From a virus (Duplodnaviria > Caudoviricetes): DNA of 35,805 nt. The stretch covers positions 1 to 35,805 of the IMG/VR virus record IMGVR_UViG_3300049783_000756; one strand, written 5' to 3'. The notes under the pieces were generated by a model. The model was not told the DNA's origin, did no database searches, and worked only from the letters and a program-made list of their open reading frames with translations. Positions 1-8,909 of the stretch are shown piece by piece. The position numbers and the translations under genes are program-made. Position 1 is the first letter of the stretch. The number at the start of each line of letters is the position of its first letter.

Positions 1-73
1 TGACTACGCAACGGATATTCGCGCGGATCTTCTCACCCTGCGCGAAGTTTAGCTTTGCGGTCTTTGTCGTCAT
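1..73 (-). CDS. 5' end of probable prohead protease/scaffold gene (runs off the window)
   Basis: ATG at 73 reads MTTKTAKLNFAQGEKIRANIRCVV; it follows the head morphogenesis gene, and the IRxNxR-like start resembles T1/DUF2213-type proteases. Confidence 0.45.
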   Translation of the reverse strand, partial: MTTKTAKLNFAQGEKIRANIRCVV

Positions 74-162
74 ATTTGGCCCCGTCCGAAACTGATAGCG
101 CCTCCCGCCCTACTTGTTGCGCATTTTGGCCCAATGGTCAAGTGGCTTGGGTGTCGCGCAAT

Positions 163-1080
163 TTACTTGCGGCTCTTCTTTGGGGCAAACAGCAGGAACT
201 TGGTGCGCTGGGCTATCATTTTCGCAACTACCTTCTTGCCGAATAGCAGTTCGCCATCTGGGCCGATTACAACTTCAGTCGTTGAGCAAAGGCAGTTGAT
301 GCCGTTCCCGTCTTTTGCGTACCACATCGCCTCTTCATCAACCGTGTGAATCGTCCCGTGGCGCACGGCGTGGCTATGACGCGTGCGACCTGGTATCAAT
401 GCCGAATTATGCAGCACCCCTAGTCTCCTGCCGTACTTAGCCTCTTGCTCGCGAACCTCATCCCAACGCCCGCGACGTTGCGCCATTGTGATCTCCGAAC
501 GTGCGATGCGTTCGGCCCGCACCTTGGACACCTCAAACCGCTCGCGAATGGTCTTTGCTGTCTGGCGCGGGTTTTCACCGCTCTGGACTGCCTCAAACAG
601 CACGCGCGAAAGGTCTCGGCCTGTGTCGCCTGCAAAGCCCTCCATTTCCTCAAACGAACGGCTTGCGGCCAAGACTGCCTTGCGCAAGGTTTGTTGACCG
701 TCGAGCGCCTTTGTAAATACACCCGCGCCCGCCTGACTTAGCCCGCCGCCGCCTGACAGATTGTCAGCAGCACGAAACACGCCCTCAATGTACGCTTGCC
801 GGACTGCTTCTTGGATTGCCTGCCCGCCTCGGCTTTGACCGCCAAGCGTTTGCGTGATGATCTTGACCAACTGCTCAATCATGAACGAACTGATGTTAAA
901 GTCGTAAAACGCGTTGGCCCTGAAGCCGTTGGTGATTGTGTACGGCCATGCCGCGACGGTATCCAGCGTGATCTGTTGCGCCTGTGCGATGTCCTTAAAC
1001 ATGGCCGACCGGGTGCGCTTGATGCGCTTGGTCTGGCCGATCGGGTTGGTTTTGCTGGATGGGATTGACGGTTGGGCCAT
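163..1080 (-). CDS. Head morphogenesis protein (SPP1 gp7 / Mu gpF family)
   Basis: 305 aa; RAERIARSEI, TRHSHAVRHG and GINCLCS motifs; downstream of portal. Confidence 0.9.
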   Translation of the reverse strand: MAQPSIPSSKTNPIGQTKRIKRTRSAMFKDIAQAQQITLDTVAAWPYTITNGFRANAFYDFNISSFMIEQLVKIITQTLGGQSRGGQAIQEAVRQAYIEGVFRAADNLSGGGGLSQAGAGVFTKALDGQQTLRKAVLAASRSFEEMEGFAGDTGRDLSRVLFEAVQSGENPRQTAKTIRERFEVSKVRAERIARSEITMAQRRGRWDEVREQEAKYGRRLGVLHNSALIPGRTRHSHAVRHGTIHTVDEEAMWYAKDGNGINCLCSTTEVVIGPDGELLFGKKVVAKMIAQRTKFLLFAPKKSRK

Positions 1081-1811
1081 TAGATAAGAACCCCATTGAT
1101 CCGCTCAGACGCATTTGCAAAGTGCACTGCGTCCATTTCAATCCCGATAAACGAGCGGTCAAGGTTCTTACACGCTACGCCGGTTGTGCCGCTGCCCATT
1201 GTGAAATCCAGCACGGTTTCGCCTTGGTTGGTGTAGGTGCGAATTAGGTATTCCATAAGGGCGACGGGTTTTTGGGTGGGGTGTATTCCAACTTCCGCTG
1301 ACGGGTTGCTTATCTTTTGCACAGTTCGAGGATACCTGCCAGAATTAACCGCGCCTTGGTAGTTTAAGCTGTTTGCCTTATCATCTCCACGCAGTCGGCC
1401 GCCAGATTTAGCACTCACTTTGTACGCTTCCCCGTCAGTTTTTTGCGGAATGTAAACTGTTGAATCGTCACCAAAAATCAAAATATCTTCATGTGATTTT
1501 AGAGGCTGATATTTTGCTAAGTATGGGTTAGACGCTCTACTCTTCTCCCACACCCAACAATACTTGAACATCTTCACATTAGACATAATCAGCGCCGACG
1601 TAAACGGCTGCGATGCCGTCAAAACAATAGCCCCGTTCTTTTTGGTGATCCGCTTCAACTGCGCCCACATCGGCTCGAACGGGATAACGGTATCCCACTT
1701 GCACGCCGTTGTGCCGTATGGTGGATCGGTCATGACCATATCAACCGACCCGTCTGGGATGTCGCGCATGGCTTCTAGGCAGTCCGCGTTGATGAGGGTG
1801 CAGGTTGTCAT
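1080..1811 (-). CDS. DNA methyltransferase, beta class (N6-adenine/N4-cytosine)
   Basis: DPPY catalytic motif first, then HPTQKP, then LDFTMGSGTTG SAM-binding motif. Confidence 0.93.
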   Translation of the reverse strand: MTTCTLINADCLEAMRDIPDGSVDMVMTDPPYGTTACKWDTVIPFEPMWAQLKRITKKNGAIVLTASQPFTSALIMSNVKMFKYCWVWEKSRASNPYLAKYQPLKSHEDILIFGDDSTVYIPQKTDGEAYKVSAKSGGRLRGDDKANSLNYQGAVNSGRYPRTVQKISNPSAEVGIHPTQKPVALMEYLIRTYTNQGETVLDFTMGSGTTGVACKNLDRSFIGIEMDAVHFANASERINGVLI

Positions 1812-1815
1812 TATG

Positions 1816-2151
1816 CTAACGCGTAGGCTTAGGCGGGAACGAGGTTTTGGGGCGGATCATGCCCCCCAATGCAGCGCGCTCAAGCTGCTCAATCCTAATT
1901 TGAGCAGTGAGCGCAAGTGTGGCCTTCAGGTCAAGCGCCTTTTCAAGATCGGCGATGCGGGCTTTCAACGTTTGGCTTTCCCTATGAGACCGGTCAAGTA
2001 TGCGTTGTTCTCTATCTCTTGCAGCACGGGAGTCCCTGCCTGAATTGTGCACTTGACTATCATAATCAGAACGCAACTTTCTGTATTCCAAGCGATCCTC
2101 AGCCCGCTTGGCTTTCATGTCTTTAAGCTCTGCATATACGTTCCAGATCAT
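1816..2151 (-). CDS. Hypothetical coiled-coil protein
   Basis: 111 aa, charged and helical; ATGA overlap with the upstream gene. Confidence 0.7.
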   Translation of the reverse strand: MIWNVYAELKDMKAKRAEDRLEYRKLRSDYDSQVHNSGRDSRAARDREQRILDRSHRESQTLKARIADLEKALDLKATLALTAQIRIEQLERAALGGMIRPKTSFPPKPTR

Positions 2152-2444
2152 ACCCCGTCCTCCAATGCCTTAGCTTTAGCATTCAGGCGCTCAATCTCGG
2201 CGTACTCGTCATAGACGCCATCAACATCAACCTGCCCGATTTGCGGAAACCCGTCGTCGTCCAGAAGATACGTCCTGACGCCATTGTCGTCTGTGTCTGT
2301 CACGTCAATAGGTGATCGCACTAATGTGGCGCTAAGGGCACGCCTAGCCGCAGCCGCCTCGTGTTGCGTGTTTGTCAGATTGTCCAACCGCAAGCCGTAT
2401 GCGACGCGGTCATGGGCGGCCTGTTCTCTTGTGTAGTCTGTCAT
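2148..2444 (-). CDS. Hypothetical protein
   Basis: 98 aa, GGAG RBS, tightly packed in operon. Confidence 0.7.
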   Translation of the reverse strand: MTDYTREQAAHDRVAYGLRLDNLTNTQHEAAAARRALSATLVRSPIDVTDTDDNGVRTYLLDDDGFPQIGQVDVDGVYDEYAEIERLNAKAKALEDGV

Positions 2445-2445
2445 G

Positions 2446-2757
2446 TCATTCTCCCTTGTCGTCGGTGTTGGTGTTTTCGCCCGATATGAGGGCCTTGAGA
2501 ATTGCGATTAGCCATGCGCGGGCGGGGTTGCTTGAGTACGCATCAAACTTCTCATTATCTGGCGTTATAATCCAAGCGCGGTATTTTTTGCCGACGTCAA
2601 TCCTTGCCCTGTGATCAGGCAACACCGCCCCATGCAGCGCCTTGGCCGCGTCTAGTGACCCGCTGTAAGCTAGACTCACATGGGTGCCGTCGTCGTGCCA
2701 TTTGCCCGCCTCAACCTTAGCCAGCAACTCAGTTAGCGCGTCTTTACGATTTGTCAT
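2446..2757 (-). CDS. Hypothetical phage protein (ABA-sandwich-like)
   Basis: 103 aa; SLDAAKALH...NPARAWLIAILKALI pattern common in alphaproteobacterial phage proteins; GGAG RBS. Confidence 0.7.
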   Translation of the reverse strand: MTNRKDALTELLAKVEAGKWHDDGTHVSLAYSGSLDAAKALHGAVLPDHRARIDVGKKYRAWIITPDNEKFDAYSSNPARAWLIAILKALISGENTNTDDKGE

Positions 2758-2762
2758 GGTAT

Positions 2763-4154
2763 CTACTCCCTTGTTGAGCCCTCACCATCCACATCATCGC
2801 CATCGCTGTCAAGTCCCAATGGCTCGCTTAGGTCGTCGTCCCCGTTCGCCTCGTACCCAGCAACCTCGCGGATTTCGTCCTCAGTAAAGACAGCCTCCCC
2901 CGTCGCAAACATCGCCTGGTTGATCTTGGCCATGCGCTCGCCGATTTGCAACTTCTCCTCAAGCGTTGGGGCAGTCAGGTCGGACCAGCTCACAAACCAA
3001 TCGCGCTCTGGGATAATGCCCCATTTCTCAAGCCGTTCCATTAGCGCCATGATGTTGGGGATTACAAGTGAGTCACGGCGCCCCATGTTGGTCTGTGACC
3101 AGCTTGCCGCGTCCTCGGTTGATGCGCGTTCGCCCGTCTGCATTCCGATCAATTCCTTTTGAGGGATTGGCCAAGACGCAGACACCTCTTGCGCGGCAAC
3201 GCTGAAGAACTCCTTTGGGATTGGCAGTGATACGGGCAGATTCTTGACCTTCATGCCCTGCAACATCAAGCTGTTGTCAAATCCCTTGGACCACTTGCCC
3301 ATGACATCATCGAGCGCGTCGGCAATGCCGTCGACCTCAACACCCAACATTGTCGCAAGCTGGGCGAAGTCAACGTCTGGATCTGCCTCAAGCACAGGCT
3401 GGCTCTTGGCGTTTTTCCAGAACCCTTCACCACCGGCGCCGCGGATCTTCTCCATATCGATAAGCGCGTTATAGCACGCCTCTAGCTTGGAATCGCCGAA
3501 CGTTGTTCCATCGCGCGACCAGATCAAGACACGATCGGGGTGGACCATGAATGTGCGGACCTTGCCACTCTCTGGGTCAACCGCGGATTCATTGAAATTA
3601 TACATCTTGGGCTTGCCGTAGTTTGGGCTCTGGTCGTCTGTGTCCCATCCGCTTGGCTCAAGCTGCCCTTCCCATGCAGGCAGGACGCCAACCAAGCCAG
3701 TGATACCGCCGCGCACGCGCTTAACAGGCTGGTCATACTTCAACCCGTCGCCAAGCTGCAAGATCACGGCGGCATACTTGCCAACCATGGACCGCATGTC
3801 GGTTTCTTTGAGCTGTTGCCAAAACCGGATTGACGCAAAGTGCTGGCGAATATCCTTCTCAACCGTGGTTTCGCCCTTGGCTGCGCGTGTCTCGCCCTCC
3901 CACATTTCGGGGAACTCTTGCCACGTTTTAGATGCGGTCTTTTCAGTCAAACCATGCGCGAACCCGTTCCTGCGCCACATATCGTAAAACAGCGTGAAAT
4001 TAAGCTCCGATGTCTCGGGGTATCCAAAATCATAGTTGATGTTGTGTTTGTAGTTGGCCGACTGATGATGAATCGACGTAACGCTTTGATTTGAGTTGCC
4101 CGCCATGATTTGACGTGCTGCATTGATTTGGGCTGTGTTGAGTTGGGGTTTCAC
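2763..4154 (-). CDS. Portal protein (DUF1073-type)
   Basis: 463 aa directly after TerL; NYGKPKMY, VHPDRV, GAGGEGFWKNA, TGERASTED motifs; acidic tail. Confidence 0.88.
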   Translation of the reverse strand: MKPQLNTAQINAARQIMAGNSNQSVTSIHHQSANYKHNINYDFGYPETSELNFTLFYDMWRRNGFAHGLTEKTASKTWQEFPEMWEGETRAAKGETTVEKDIRQHFASIRFWQQLKETDMRSMVGKYAAVILQLGDGLKYDQPVKRVRGGITGLVGVLPAWEGQLEPSGWDTDDQSPNYGKPKMYNFNESAVDPESGKVRTFMVHPDRVLIWSRDGTTFGDSKLEACYNALIDMEKIRGAGGEGFWKNAKSQPVLEADPDVDFAQLATMLGVEVDGIADALDDVMGKWSKGFDNSLMLQGMKVKNLPVSLPIPKEFFSVAAQEVSASWPIPQKELIGMQTGERASTEDAASWSQTNMGRRDSLVIPNIMALMERLEKWGIIPERDWFVSWSDLTAPTLEEKLQIGERMAKINQAMFATGEAVFTEDEIREVAGYEANGDDDLSEPLGLDSDGDDVDGEGSTRE

Positions 4155-5587
4155 GCCGCTCTCCTATTGCTTGATTTGACCAGAAGACCGGCAAGATTTG
4201 GTTTAACATACTGTACGTCAGCGATTGCGTCAAACATCGGATCAAGGATGTCGTCGTGTGTCCCATTGGGGAACGCAGACGCCTCGCCCAGCAGGTCTGA
4301 CAGCCACGACGCATTGCGGGGCAGCAGCACGTTGCCGCTTTCAACCATAGGGGCGGCATCAAGGGCGCGGACCACCTTGTCAATGTTGCGCGGTATGGCC
4401 ACCATGGGCATCCCCTCGCGCTTGAGCGTCTGGATTAGCCCCGTGCCTGACACCTTGTCCTCAACCTTGAACGCCCGCAGCTTGCCGTTGTTGCCTGTCG
4501 TGGCTTCCTTGTGCTTTAACCAAAACGCGCGCGCCTGGACGAGCAATTCGGGCGCTTCCCACTTGCCCCGCACCATATCCACCAGCACGGCCTTGCCCGT
4601 CGTTGACTTGCCCCAGCATTGAAACACCGTATAGTCGTTCTGTTGCTTGGTCTTTTGGGCTGTGTCGCCGTATATGTTGCGCTCGGTAAGCTCAGGACAT
4701 AGGTCGTAATACTGCCACCATTCGTCCTTGAATATGCCGCCGCCGATCGTGATCGGGGTTTGCTGATACATGGCAGACCAAAAGAACTCAGACAGACCAG
4801 CCTTGGTTTCCAGCAGCTTGGCGATGGGATGCAACTCAGGCACCAACGCCTCATCATGTTCATTGATTGCCCTGAAGGTGATCCTCTTGGACCTGGCGTT
4901 GCTTTCCAGCACTCGGCCCGACAGATCATCAAGCGCCCATCGGGTTGCCATGATGATGCGCCCGCTGTTCTTGGACATCCGGCTATCAAACGTCGACTGA
5001 TACCAGTTCCAAACGCTGTTCTTTGTGGCTGGTGATAGGGCTTCCTGCGCGTTCTTCACCGGGTCATCAATGATGCCGATGTCCAGCTTTTTACCAGTCA
5101 GGGGACCGCCGACACCTTGGGCAACATACTTGCCCTTATGCCCGACGATCTCAAATGTCTCACTGTTGCGCTTGGCCTCAACGCCTACGTTGACCACGCG
5201 CTTGGTATTGAGCGACGCATGGGGAAAGATCCGCGCGTAGTCGTCGGACATCATGATTTTTTGAATGTCGCGATTCATATCGCTAGCAAGGTCGGACCCG
5301 TATGACAGGCCGCCAATGGACAAATTGGGATTTTGACCGAACAGCCACGCGGGCAGGTTGCGGCTGACGATTTCAGACTTGCCGTGTTGTGGTGGTGCCT
5401 CGAACACCAAGACGGGGCGCAACTCGGCCTCAACGTCTCGGTAAAACTGTTCAAGCTCGCGGCACACATCAATGGCGAACTGCGAGACGATATAGTCGGG
5501 GTTCATGTATTTGATGAACGCGAGAAGGTCGCGCCGTGCCTCGCGCCGTTTTAGTAGCTCGCGGGCTGCGTCACTTGGGGTCTGCAT
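4151..5587 (-). CDS. terL: Terminase large subunit
   Basis: Walker A APPQHGKS, Walker B IGIIDD, MATRW, C-terminal FPNGTHDD nuclease motif; start chosen at ATG 5587 (5593 is an alternative). Confidence 0.95.
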   Translation of the reverse strand: MQTPSDAARELLKRREARRDLLAFIKYMNPDYIVSQFAIDVCRELEQFYRDVEAELRPVLVFEAPPQHGKSEIVSRNLPAWLFGQNPNLSIGGLSYGSDLASDMNRDIQKIMMSDDYARIFPHASLNTKRVVNVGVEAKRNSETFEIVGHKGKYVAQGVGGPLTGKKLDIGIIDDPVKNAQEALSPATKNSVWNWYQSTFDSRMSKNSGRIIMATRWALDDLSGRVLESNARSKRITFRAINEHDEALVPELHPIAKLLETKAGLSEFFWSAMYQQTPITIGGGIFKDEWWQYYDLCPELTERNIYGDTAQKTKQQNDYTVFQCWGKSTTGKAVLVDMVRGKWEAPELLVQARAFWLKHKEATTGNNGKLRAFKVEDKVSGTGLIQTLKREGMPMVAIPRNIDKVVRALDAAPMVESGNVLLPRNASWLSDLLGEASAFPNGTHDDILDPMFDAIADVQYVKPNLAGLLVKSSNRRAA

Positions 5588-5930
5588 TGGCATCAATGAC
5601 GGCCTGCAACTCTGCGTCTGACAGTTCACGGGTTGGCGACATGGACCGATCATCTGACGTGTGGTTGACTGACTGTTGAGGCGTTCCGTGCGCGCGATCT
5701 TCGCTCTGTTTGAACAAGTTTAGGATGTTCGCGTCGAGGTATTCAAGCAGGTCTTCGCCGTTGTCAACTTTCCCCTGAAGGCAGGATAATGCTGCAAGGC
5801 GTAAATTGGCTGAAATCTTTGCCGCTTCATTCATCGCAATGAGTTCTTCGGTGCTTCTTCCAGATGGGTTTCCGGACACTCCCGGCTTGAACCGGGTCTC
5901 ATGCGATGGGTCTGGGTTTCCTTTTGCCAT
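5571..5930 (-). CDS. terS: Terminase small subunit (DUF5681-like N-terminus)
   Basis: FKPGVSGNPSGR motif; overlaps the TerL start. Confidence 0.82.
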   Translation of the reverse strand: MAKGNPDPSHETRFKPGVSGNPSGRSTEELIAMNEAAKISANLRLAALSCLQGKVDNGEDLLEYLDANILNLFKQSEDRAHGTPQQSVNHTSDDRSMSPTRELSDAELQAVIDANADPK

Positions 5931-6049
5931 GGTTTGCCTTCTATCACAAAAGTTGTTCGTGTTCTAGGGCTTTGTCATGGCCCGCGCCTCGGGAGGAACA
6001 CGCGGGCCAATCTCCAACAAAGGAGGGTCCCATGACGAACCCATCCCCA

Positions 6050-6355
6050 CTATGCGCTGGTTATGGGGGCAGGGTCAAGGGGTTGGTTATTCGTTGGCGC
6101 TGCGGGTAGGGGCATCCAGTGGGTGGGATATACCTTTTCATTGTCGAAAGCGTTCATCAGCCATAGCTTGCCGCTGTCACTGTAAAACGTGCCTATTGCC
6201 ACAAATTCCCCTGTTGGCACCTCATCGCCCTGAAGCCCGTTACACCAGCCCAAAAGAATCCGCGTATCTTTAGGGACGTCACTACCAATCTTGATCCAAG
6301 GGTCATCCATCTCCGCCGCCTCAACGCTATGCACGTCTTCGCCTTGTGTGGTCAT
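6050..6355 (-). CDS. DUF551-like protein
   Basis: WIKI...PKD and PTHWMPLP motifs. Confidence 0.75.
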   Translation of the reverse strand: MTTQGEDVHSVEAAEMDDPWIKIGSDVPKDTRILLGWCNGLQGDEVPTGEFVAIGTFYSDSGKLWLMNAFDNEKVYPTHWMPLPAAPTNNQPLDPAPITSA

Positions 6356-6358
6356 CGG

Positions 6359-6718
6359 TCATGTATTGCCTCCCTTTGCTATAGAATAAACGAATATCGG
6401 GTTTTTGTCGCTATGACCAACGCCAGGTCTTTTGCGGACCATCCCTTGCTTGATTGCTTCGTCGGCACGCTTTGCCACCGTTTCGCTTGCGCATCCTAAT
6501 TCTTTGGCAAGCTGCTTTCGGCTTTGCGGTGGTTTGCCTTCAAGGGCTGCGACCAGTTCAAGAACCTTGATCCGCCATTTCTTTGGATCTACGGCAGCGG
6601 CCCCAAAACCGGCCCCCATGTCTTTGGGCATTCTTGCGACGTGCCCGGCTTTACGTTCTGCCGCAAGCATCCGCGCGCCTAGATCGGCCTCTAACATTGA
6701 TGCGGTGTGGACGTTCAT
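6359..6718 (-). CDS. Winged-helix DNA-binding protein
   Basis: SRKQLAKELGCASETVAKR HTH followed by a beta wing; just upstream of the packaging genes, so possibly a late regulator. Confidence 0.7.
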   Translation of the reverse strand: MNVHTASMLEADLGARMLAAERKAGHVARMPKDMGAGFGAAAVDPKKWRIKVLELVAALEGKPPQSRKQLAKELGCASETVAKRADEAIKQGMVRKRPGVGHSDKNPIFVYSIAKGGNT

Positions 6719-7032
6719 GTTGCACCGTGCGCTTGCGCGTATGGGGACGCCATGATCAGGTCAACGTCTGGCCTGTTGACGCACCCAATGTTGTCATGAT
6801 TGAGCTTCCAGCCGCGTCTCTTGCAAGTAGATTGCACTGACCGAACATGCACCCCCGTATCGGCTGCGATCTCTACTCCGCTGCATTCCCAATTGACCGA
6901 CATACCTGCGCGCCAGATTGCGAAGTCGTTCGCGCGTCGTGTGCCGCGGCGATGCCTGGTGAATGTGATTGTTTTCTGGCCTCGCATTGCGTCGAGTTTT
7001 GCGAGCAGGTTTGTGATGGTTGGTTGTGTCAT
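6715..7032 (-). CDS. Hypothetical HTH-like protein
   Basis: GVEIAADTGVHVRSVQSTCKR HTH-like segment; GGAG RBS. Confidence 0.65.
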   Translation of the reverse strand: MTQPTITNLLAKLDAMRGQKTITFTRHRRGTRRANDFAIWRAGMSVNWECSGVEIAADTGVHVRSVQSTCKRRGWKLNHDNIGCVNRPDVDLIMASPYAQAHGAT

Positions 7033-7145
7033 GGTTTTGTCTCCGTTGGCTTGTTAAAATGAGGGGCCATAAACCACACGCCCCAACTGTAAACCCATCC
7101 GATACCGTGCCTGTCAACGTCAACCGCTCCTATTGGGATATTCAT
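7029..7145 (-). CDS. Small hypothetical protein (38 aa, not in ORF track)
   Basis: MNIPIGAVDVDRHGIGWVYSWGVWFMAPHFNKPTETKP; GGAG RBS, ATGA coupling at both ends. Confidence 0.65.
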   Translation of the reverse strand: MNIPIGAVDVDRHGIGWVYSWGVWFMAPHFNKPTETKP

Positions 7146-7349
7146 GGTTTTGTCTCCGTTGTCGTCATGGTTTCGTTGATAATCTCGGCAACCCGATCTA
7201 GGTTCATTTTGCCGTCGAAAAGGTAGTCTGAATATCCAGATTCATTGATGCCGAAGTAAGCCTGGTCGACGGGATGGCGTTCTGATTGTTCCTCGACGAT
7301 TGCGCCGTGAATGATTGCTGCTGTGATGGTCATGGTTTTGACTCCGTTG
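7030..7349 (-). repeat. Gene-junction direct repeat CAACGGAG(A/T)CAAAACCATG, three copies
   Basis: catggttttgtctccgttg at 7030 and 7143 (identical 19-mer) and catggttttgactccgttg at 7331; weaker copies at 7839 and 8285. Confidence 0.85.
7142..7333 (-). CDS. Small hypothetical protein
   Basis: 63 aa; GGAG RBS, ATGA coupling. Confidence 0.7.
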   Translation of the reverse strand: MTITAAIIHGAIVEEQSERHPVDQAYFGINESGYSDYLFDGKMNLDRVAEIINETMTTTETKP

Positions 7350-7500
7350 GTGTTTTCAGCCAGTCAGAAAGCTCATCGGCCCCCATTGCAACGGCCCTTG
7401 GGTAGTCAATCAAATCAGATTGAGCGAAAGCGCACCAAGTAACAGCGCACGCCTCCTGCAATGTCAGCCCCATTTTTTCGGCGCTCTCTTTGGTAATCAT
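7330..7500 (-). CDS. Small hypothetical protein (56 aa, not in ORF track)
   Basis: MITKESAEKMGLTLQEACAV...WLKTPTESKP; ATGA coupling at both ends. Confidence 0.65.
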   Translation of the reverse strand: MITKESAEKMGLTLQEACAVTWCAFAQSDLIDYPRAVAMGADELSDWLKTPTESKP

Positions 7501-7841
7501 GCCTCGCCCTCCCCTGTCGTCTTGCGTGCCTCTAGCATTGCGTCGGCCCTGATGTATCGGATCGTGGCGTCAGCCTTTGCAAACCATTTACCCCATGCCA
7601 ACCAATCATCCTTTGGCGGCTTTTCGTCAGCATTGAATCGGCTTGCATAACGGTCATCAACCTCCGCATCAATCCCATCAACTTCCCCCGCGAAGTGATC
7701 GCGCAGGGTCATGTTGCTGGCAAGTCCACCGGCTGCGTTTAGGGATGCGGCATTGTCTGCTTTTTCCTGCCAGCGCTCATTGATCCTTGCCTCATGTTCT
7801 GCAATTCGGCGGCCTTGTTCTTCGGGTGTCAATTTTCCCAT
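7497..7841 (-). CDS. Hypothetical phage protein
   Basis: Start MGKLTP at 7841 after GGAGG; MTLRDHFAG...YIRADAMLEAR is a common small-phage-protein pattern. Confidence 0.75.
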   Translation of the reverse strand: MGKLTPEEQGRRIAEHEARINERWQEKADNAASLNAAGGLASNMTLRDHFAGEVDGIDAEVDDRYASRFNADEKPPKDDWLAWGKWFAKADATIRYIRADAMLEARKTTGEGEA

Positions 7842-7860
7842 GGTCTTATCCTCCGTTGGG

Positions 7861-8061
7861 TTAAAGTGAATGAGGGAATCGTAGTTGCTGACCACATGAC
7901 CGGCAATCATAACCTAAAAAAGTTTCAGGCCAGCCGCGTGGATTTTGTTTGGTTGGTGCGACTCCTTTCCCGTCTGTCACAACAACTAATTTATCATTGC
8001 TTGCGCCACACGTAGGGCAACCAGTTAAACTTCCACCTGTGTTTGAAATTGCGATTGCCAT
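7861..8061 (-). CDS. Small zinc-ribbon protein
   Basis: Start MAIAISN after AGGAG; CPTC...CRSC. Confidence 0.65.
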   Translation of the reverse strand: MAIAISNTGGSLTGCPTCGASNDKLVVVTDGKGVAPTKQNPRGWPETFLGYDCRSCGQQLRFPHSL

Positions 8062-8074
8062 GGTGTTCTCCTGT

Positions 8075-8287
8075 TCAAGCGACGCGCCAGATGCGGACGC
8101 CGTTGCCTTCTTTGCTGGATGAAAACTTGGCGTTGTTTCTCTTGCCCCAAACCATGGCAGCGACAACCGGATTTGATTGCGACGCCTTGGGCTCGTCCTT
8201 GAAAAACACGCTGTCGTTGACTCCCATGTGAGCCCATTCGTACGAGCGGCGCGGGTTTGGCATTGGTACGTTTTTTTCGATCTTCAT
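8075..8287 (-). CDS. Small putative DNA-binding phage protein
   Basis: MKIEKNVPMP...MGVNDSVFF...GVRIWRVA, a common phage family; GGAG RBS. Confidence 0.75.
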   Translation of the reverse strand: MKIEKNVPMPNPRRSYEWAHMGVNDSVFFKDEPKASQSNPVVAAMVWGKRNNAKFSSSKEGNGVRIWRVA

Positions 8288-8321
8288 GGTGTGGTCTCCG
8301 TTGTTGGGGTTGGTGGGCTAT

Positions 8322-8558
8322 TTACTGCTTCCAAACATTGGCGAGGTATTCGCCTTTGCGGTTCAGCTTTGCATACTTTACAGGGCCAAGTGCATCCCAT
8401 GCCAGCATCTTTGCTGCGTAGGTAGCTGATGAAAGATCAGCGTGGCCATATGCGCGAACAATCTTGCCAGTCAATTCATCACGCATTGCAATGCTGAATG
8501 TGCCGTCTTTGGCTTCGTATGCTGTGACTGTTGCAACTTGTGTGATTGTCGTTGTCAT
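8322..8558 (-). CDS. Hypothetical protein, first gene of leftward operon
   Basis: 78 aa, AAGGA RBS, downstream of a sigma70-like promoter. Confidence 0.7.
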   Translation of the reverse strand: MTTTITQVATVTAYEAKDGTFSIAMRDELTGKIVRAYGHADLSSATYAAKMLAWDALGPVKYAKLNRKGEYLANVWKQ

Positions 8559-8588
8559 GGTCTTGATCCTTTGTTGGTTTCTGTAATT

Positions 8589-8617
8589 AACTTACAAATT
8601 AAACTACATGCAGTCAA
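8589..8617 (-). promoter_or_regulatory. Sigma70-like promoter
   Basis: TTGACT-N17-TAAGTT on the minus strand, about 30 nt before ATG 8558. Confidence 0.6.
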
Positions 8618-8635
8618 CACCAAAATTGACCATTT

Positions 8636-8900
8636 CGAAAGTTATGCATCTTATCCAAAGTTATGCAGACCGGATAAGATGTAAGCCCTTGAAAACTATA
8701 GTATATATACTAAAGATAATTGTTATACAAGATATAGAGACTGTTTCTACAGAGAGAGAAGAGACCCCTCTATAGGCCGTTTTATTTGTCTATAGGGCTG
8801 ATAACAATAAGATGGTAAGAATCGCCTTTTACCCAACAATAACAAAAGGTTGCATCTTATCACAGCCCGTTAACTTTCAAATTCGTGCATAACTTTGACC
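8636..8900. other. AT-rich non-coding region with iteron-like repeats, putative replication origin
   Basis: AAGTTATGCA at 8639 and 8658 and inverted at about 8886; CATCTTAT/ATAAGATG at 8647, 8674, 8807 and 8853; no ORF; next to the replication ATPase gene. Confidence 0.5.
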
Positions 8901-8909
8901 GCCAAACAC

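Noticed and set aside
2763-4154. DUF1073-family protein, a family sometimes auto-labelled anti-CBASS Acb1
   Set aside because: Size and position after TerL indicate a portal, and I see no paired HxT/S phosphoesterase motifs
7030-7350. Possible CRISPR array
   Set aside because: Repeats are 19 nt with 94 and 169 nt between them, the intervals are coding, and there are no cas genes
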